Below, piece by piece: positions 61,497 to 64,000 of a stretch of DNA of 64,000 bases (position 1 is its first letter; every line of letters starts with the position of its first letter). Under the pieces are notes generated by a model. That model ran no database searches and was not told the DNA's origin. It was given only the letters and a program-made list of their open reading frames with translations. Made by a program: the position numbers and the translations under genes. Source of the DNA: Lama guanicoe (Eukaryota); contig MU053216.1 in the NCBI GenBank assembly GCA_013239625.1, positions 994,001-1,058,000 of the forward strand, read 5' to 3'.

Positions 61497-63055
61497 GGCC
61501 CCCCCACACACTGAAGTCACCTCTGTCTCTTGTCTTCTGAGGGAGACTCAGGGTTGAGTCTCCAAGGGGCTTTGGCCCGCTCTGAGTTGGGAGGGGCCTG
61601 GCCAGGGGATGCCTGCGCTCTCTCCAGCCTGGGCCTCAGAGCCGAGGCTGTGATGGGAGCCCCTGCTGGGCACCTCACAGCACCCAGGCCATGTGAGTCA
61701 CCCCGGGAACAATGAGGCCTCTGTGGACGACCTGCTTTCTTCCTCCAGGCTGGGTGCAAAGAGCAGGTGTCTGAGGGCCAGGGAGCCTCGAGGGAGGATG
61801 GAAGGATGGTTTCATCAGCGCCAGAGTCGTGGGCTCCTCTGGGTGCCTCAGTTCCCTCCCCTCACCCTCCCCTGGTCCTCTTGGGCTTGAGCCACAAACC
61901 AGGGCCTCAGGGTCCTGGAGCTGCAGAGAAGGCCTTGGGGCACGGGTCCCGGCTGGCAGAAGATGAGGCGGCCCTGGGCTGGAGGGCATCTGTTCTCTGG
62001 ACCCCCCTACCCCGTGCACCTCACACCCACTTGGACTGCTCCCTCTGCCTGGGAGGCCTCCTCCCAAGCACCTATGTGGGGTGGGGGGCTCCCACACTCC
62101 TCCAGGCAGAGCAAGTTTGCTTCCCCTGGCCTGCACACCCTGGACCTGCTGTAACTGCTGTCACAGTCGCACCACCTCCTGTCGCACGGCAGTCAGTTAC
62201 CTGTCCCTTTTACCTGTGCCATGTGCCAAGCACCATGGCAGATGCTGGTACACCAGGATGAGGAAGATACAGTTCTGGGCACCTGGGAGGGGCTTGTCCT
62301 GGGGCCTGGGCCTCATTTCTTATACATTCATTCACTCATTCTTTCGATGTCTCCTATGCACCCAGTATATGCTGGGCGCCGTGCAGGGCAGGGCTATGAT
62401 TAGACACAGAGCTGGCAGCCCTGCGGGAGAGAGGCAGCGACAGGAGGTTCCAGCTCCATGGGTCAGCGGGGTGCACAGGGCTGGGGCAGCACAGACCAGG
62501 GGCACCTGCCTGGCCTTGGCAGGGCTTTCTGGAGGAATGGGTGTCTACACCAGGCCCCAGAGAGTCAGGAGGGTCGGGGAGGGGACACAGCACGGCAAGG
62601 TCTGGGCAGCGAGGGCCAGCCCGGTGTGTTCCCAGGGTCAAAGCGCTTGGGGAGGGCGGGAGGGCTCCCTGCACCCCCCTCACCTGCCCAGCCAGCAGCT
62701 GGGTCTGTGCACCAGCCCCTTCTTCACCTGCCACTGGAGAGAGGGACATCGAGTTCAGACATGGACACCAGAACTTTCCAGCCACCACCAAGTTCCCATG
62801 GGGCCCCACCTCCAGGGCCTCAGCACCTCCTTGGAGAAGCAGGACAGGACAGACTGACACTGAGGTCTCCAGTCCTCTGTCCTGCACCTCCTCTCCTGAC
62901 AGGGTCCTTGGGACCCTCCCTCTGCTCTAGCGGGTGTGGCCTTGACTTTGAAACCCTTGTGCTGCGGGGGATGGGAGAGGCAGCCTGGCTGTCTTACTCT
63001 GAGCCTCCCTGAGGCCAACTCCCACTTCTCTTCTCCAGAGCTCACCTGCTGTTCA

Positions 63056-63202
63056 GGGCGCACATCTCAGTGTGGTAGAGCGCGTGCTCAGCAGGCAGGA
63101 GATCCTGGTTCAATCCCCAGGACCTCCATTAAATAAATATATATCAAAAATAGCACATAAATAAACCTAATTTACCCCACAACCTCCCCCTCCCTGCAAA
63201 AA
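63056..63202 (+). mobile_element. tRNA-derived SINE (same family as 9416-9579)
   Basis: 'tctcagtgtggtagagcgcgtgctcagc...ggttcaatccccaggacctccattaaataaa...ataaacctaatt'; Pol III A/B boxes plus the same tail motif. Confidence 0.8.
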
Positions 63203-63309
63203 TTGAGTCCGGCTCTGCAGTCCCAGCTCAGCTTTGGGGAAGTTACTAGCCTTCTGTCTGCTTGAGCTCCCTTATCTGAAAAATGGAGCCTATCAGGGAG
63301 GTTCAGTGA

Positions 63310-64000
63310 AGGAACGTGCGGGGTAGCTGGGCGGGGCTCCCTGCACTGCACGTCGGCCGGAGCTGGGGGTGGCGCGCGGGGGCGGGGTGCTCCTCGGCTG
63401 CTGTGGCTGCTCCTTGGGTTGTGAAACGTCACCAGCCCCCCTCCAGGGCTCAAGGCCTGTGGAGCTGGTCGGCAGGCGGGTCCTGGCTGGCCCTCCTTGT
63501 GCGGGGTCTCCGGACCCTGGGTCAGGCCCTCTCCCGAGAGACCACGGTGGGGGGGCGGGGTTGTCCCGGCCTGCCGCCGCCGCCGCCGCCGCCCTCCCTC
63601 CCTGGGGCCCGCCCCGGTCTGGGCCGCGGGTCGCAGAACTTGCTCCCGAGTGGGGCTCCACCCCTGACACCGGAGCCGGGTTTCTGGAAAGGGCGGGGCA
63701 GGCCCCACCCTCGGGTCGGGGGCTGGTGGCGTTCCCCCTGCTGGCCTCAGGGGAATCCCAGGCCGGGCTCTCCGACTGGCGCAGTTCGGGGTGGGGCTGG
63801 CCCGACGTGCAGGGCGGCCCAGGCTGGCGGCTGTGTTCCTGCAGTGTGGCCGGTGGGTGCTGGCTTTCCCTGCAAAGTCCGGTCGGCCCTTCAGCTCAGC
63901 GAGCGGGAAGATGGTGTGAACTGGGGACGCGCTCGGGTTGGGGCAGGCTCCCCTCTCCCCACCACGTGCCCTCCTGTGTCCTACTCTGCCCTCGTGCGGC
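63310..64000. promoter_or_regulatory. CpG island-like segment with (GCC)7, downstream of TNNT2
   Basis: Dense CpG, several GGGCGGGG boxes, (GCC)7 at 63573-63593; runs to the window edge. Confidence 0.55.

Noticed and set aside
63056..63130. tRNA-like sequence (also 9500-9579, minus strand)
   Set aside because: Degenerate cloverleaf with A-rich tails, and a TSD on one copy, so these are SINEs rather than tRNA genes

Overview
GC-rich mammalian genomic DNA, probably from a camelid judging by two tRNA-derived SINEs (inference). Three intact multi-exon genes lie in tandem on the + strand. TNNI1 (slow skeletal troponin I) has 9 exons over ~13.8-22.6 kb and assembles to 187 aa. LAD1 (ladinin-1) has 10 exons over ~30.5-43.5 kb and assembles to 510 aa. 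TNNT2 (cardiac troponin T) spans ~46.9-61.5 kb, and its adult exon set assembles to 283 aa. All exons were assembled by hand with GT-AG boundaries and consistent phases. The TNNI1 slow-fibre upstream enhancer (USE/SURE), the LAD1 CpG-island promoter and the TNNT2 cardiac promoter are recognisable, together with ancestral repeats (MLT1, L2, MIR, L1, Charlie1, Tigger4, an ERV LTR) and a 233-N assembly gap. I found no new gene system, and most ORF-track ORFs are GC-rich noise. The best leads are: (1) the TNNT2 fetal exon 5 appears halved to 15 nt with a GT>GC donor; (2) a conserved TnT Ile in 'LRNRI' reads Ser; (3) an exact 38-bp repeat sits at matching positions before the LAD1 exon 3 and exon 4 acceptors; (4) a near-perfect CTCF motif lies in TNNT2 intron 14; (5) several functional elements show A/T>G/C erosion. 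Comparisons with human sequences and repeat consensuses come from recall and need alignment to confirm.
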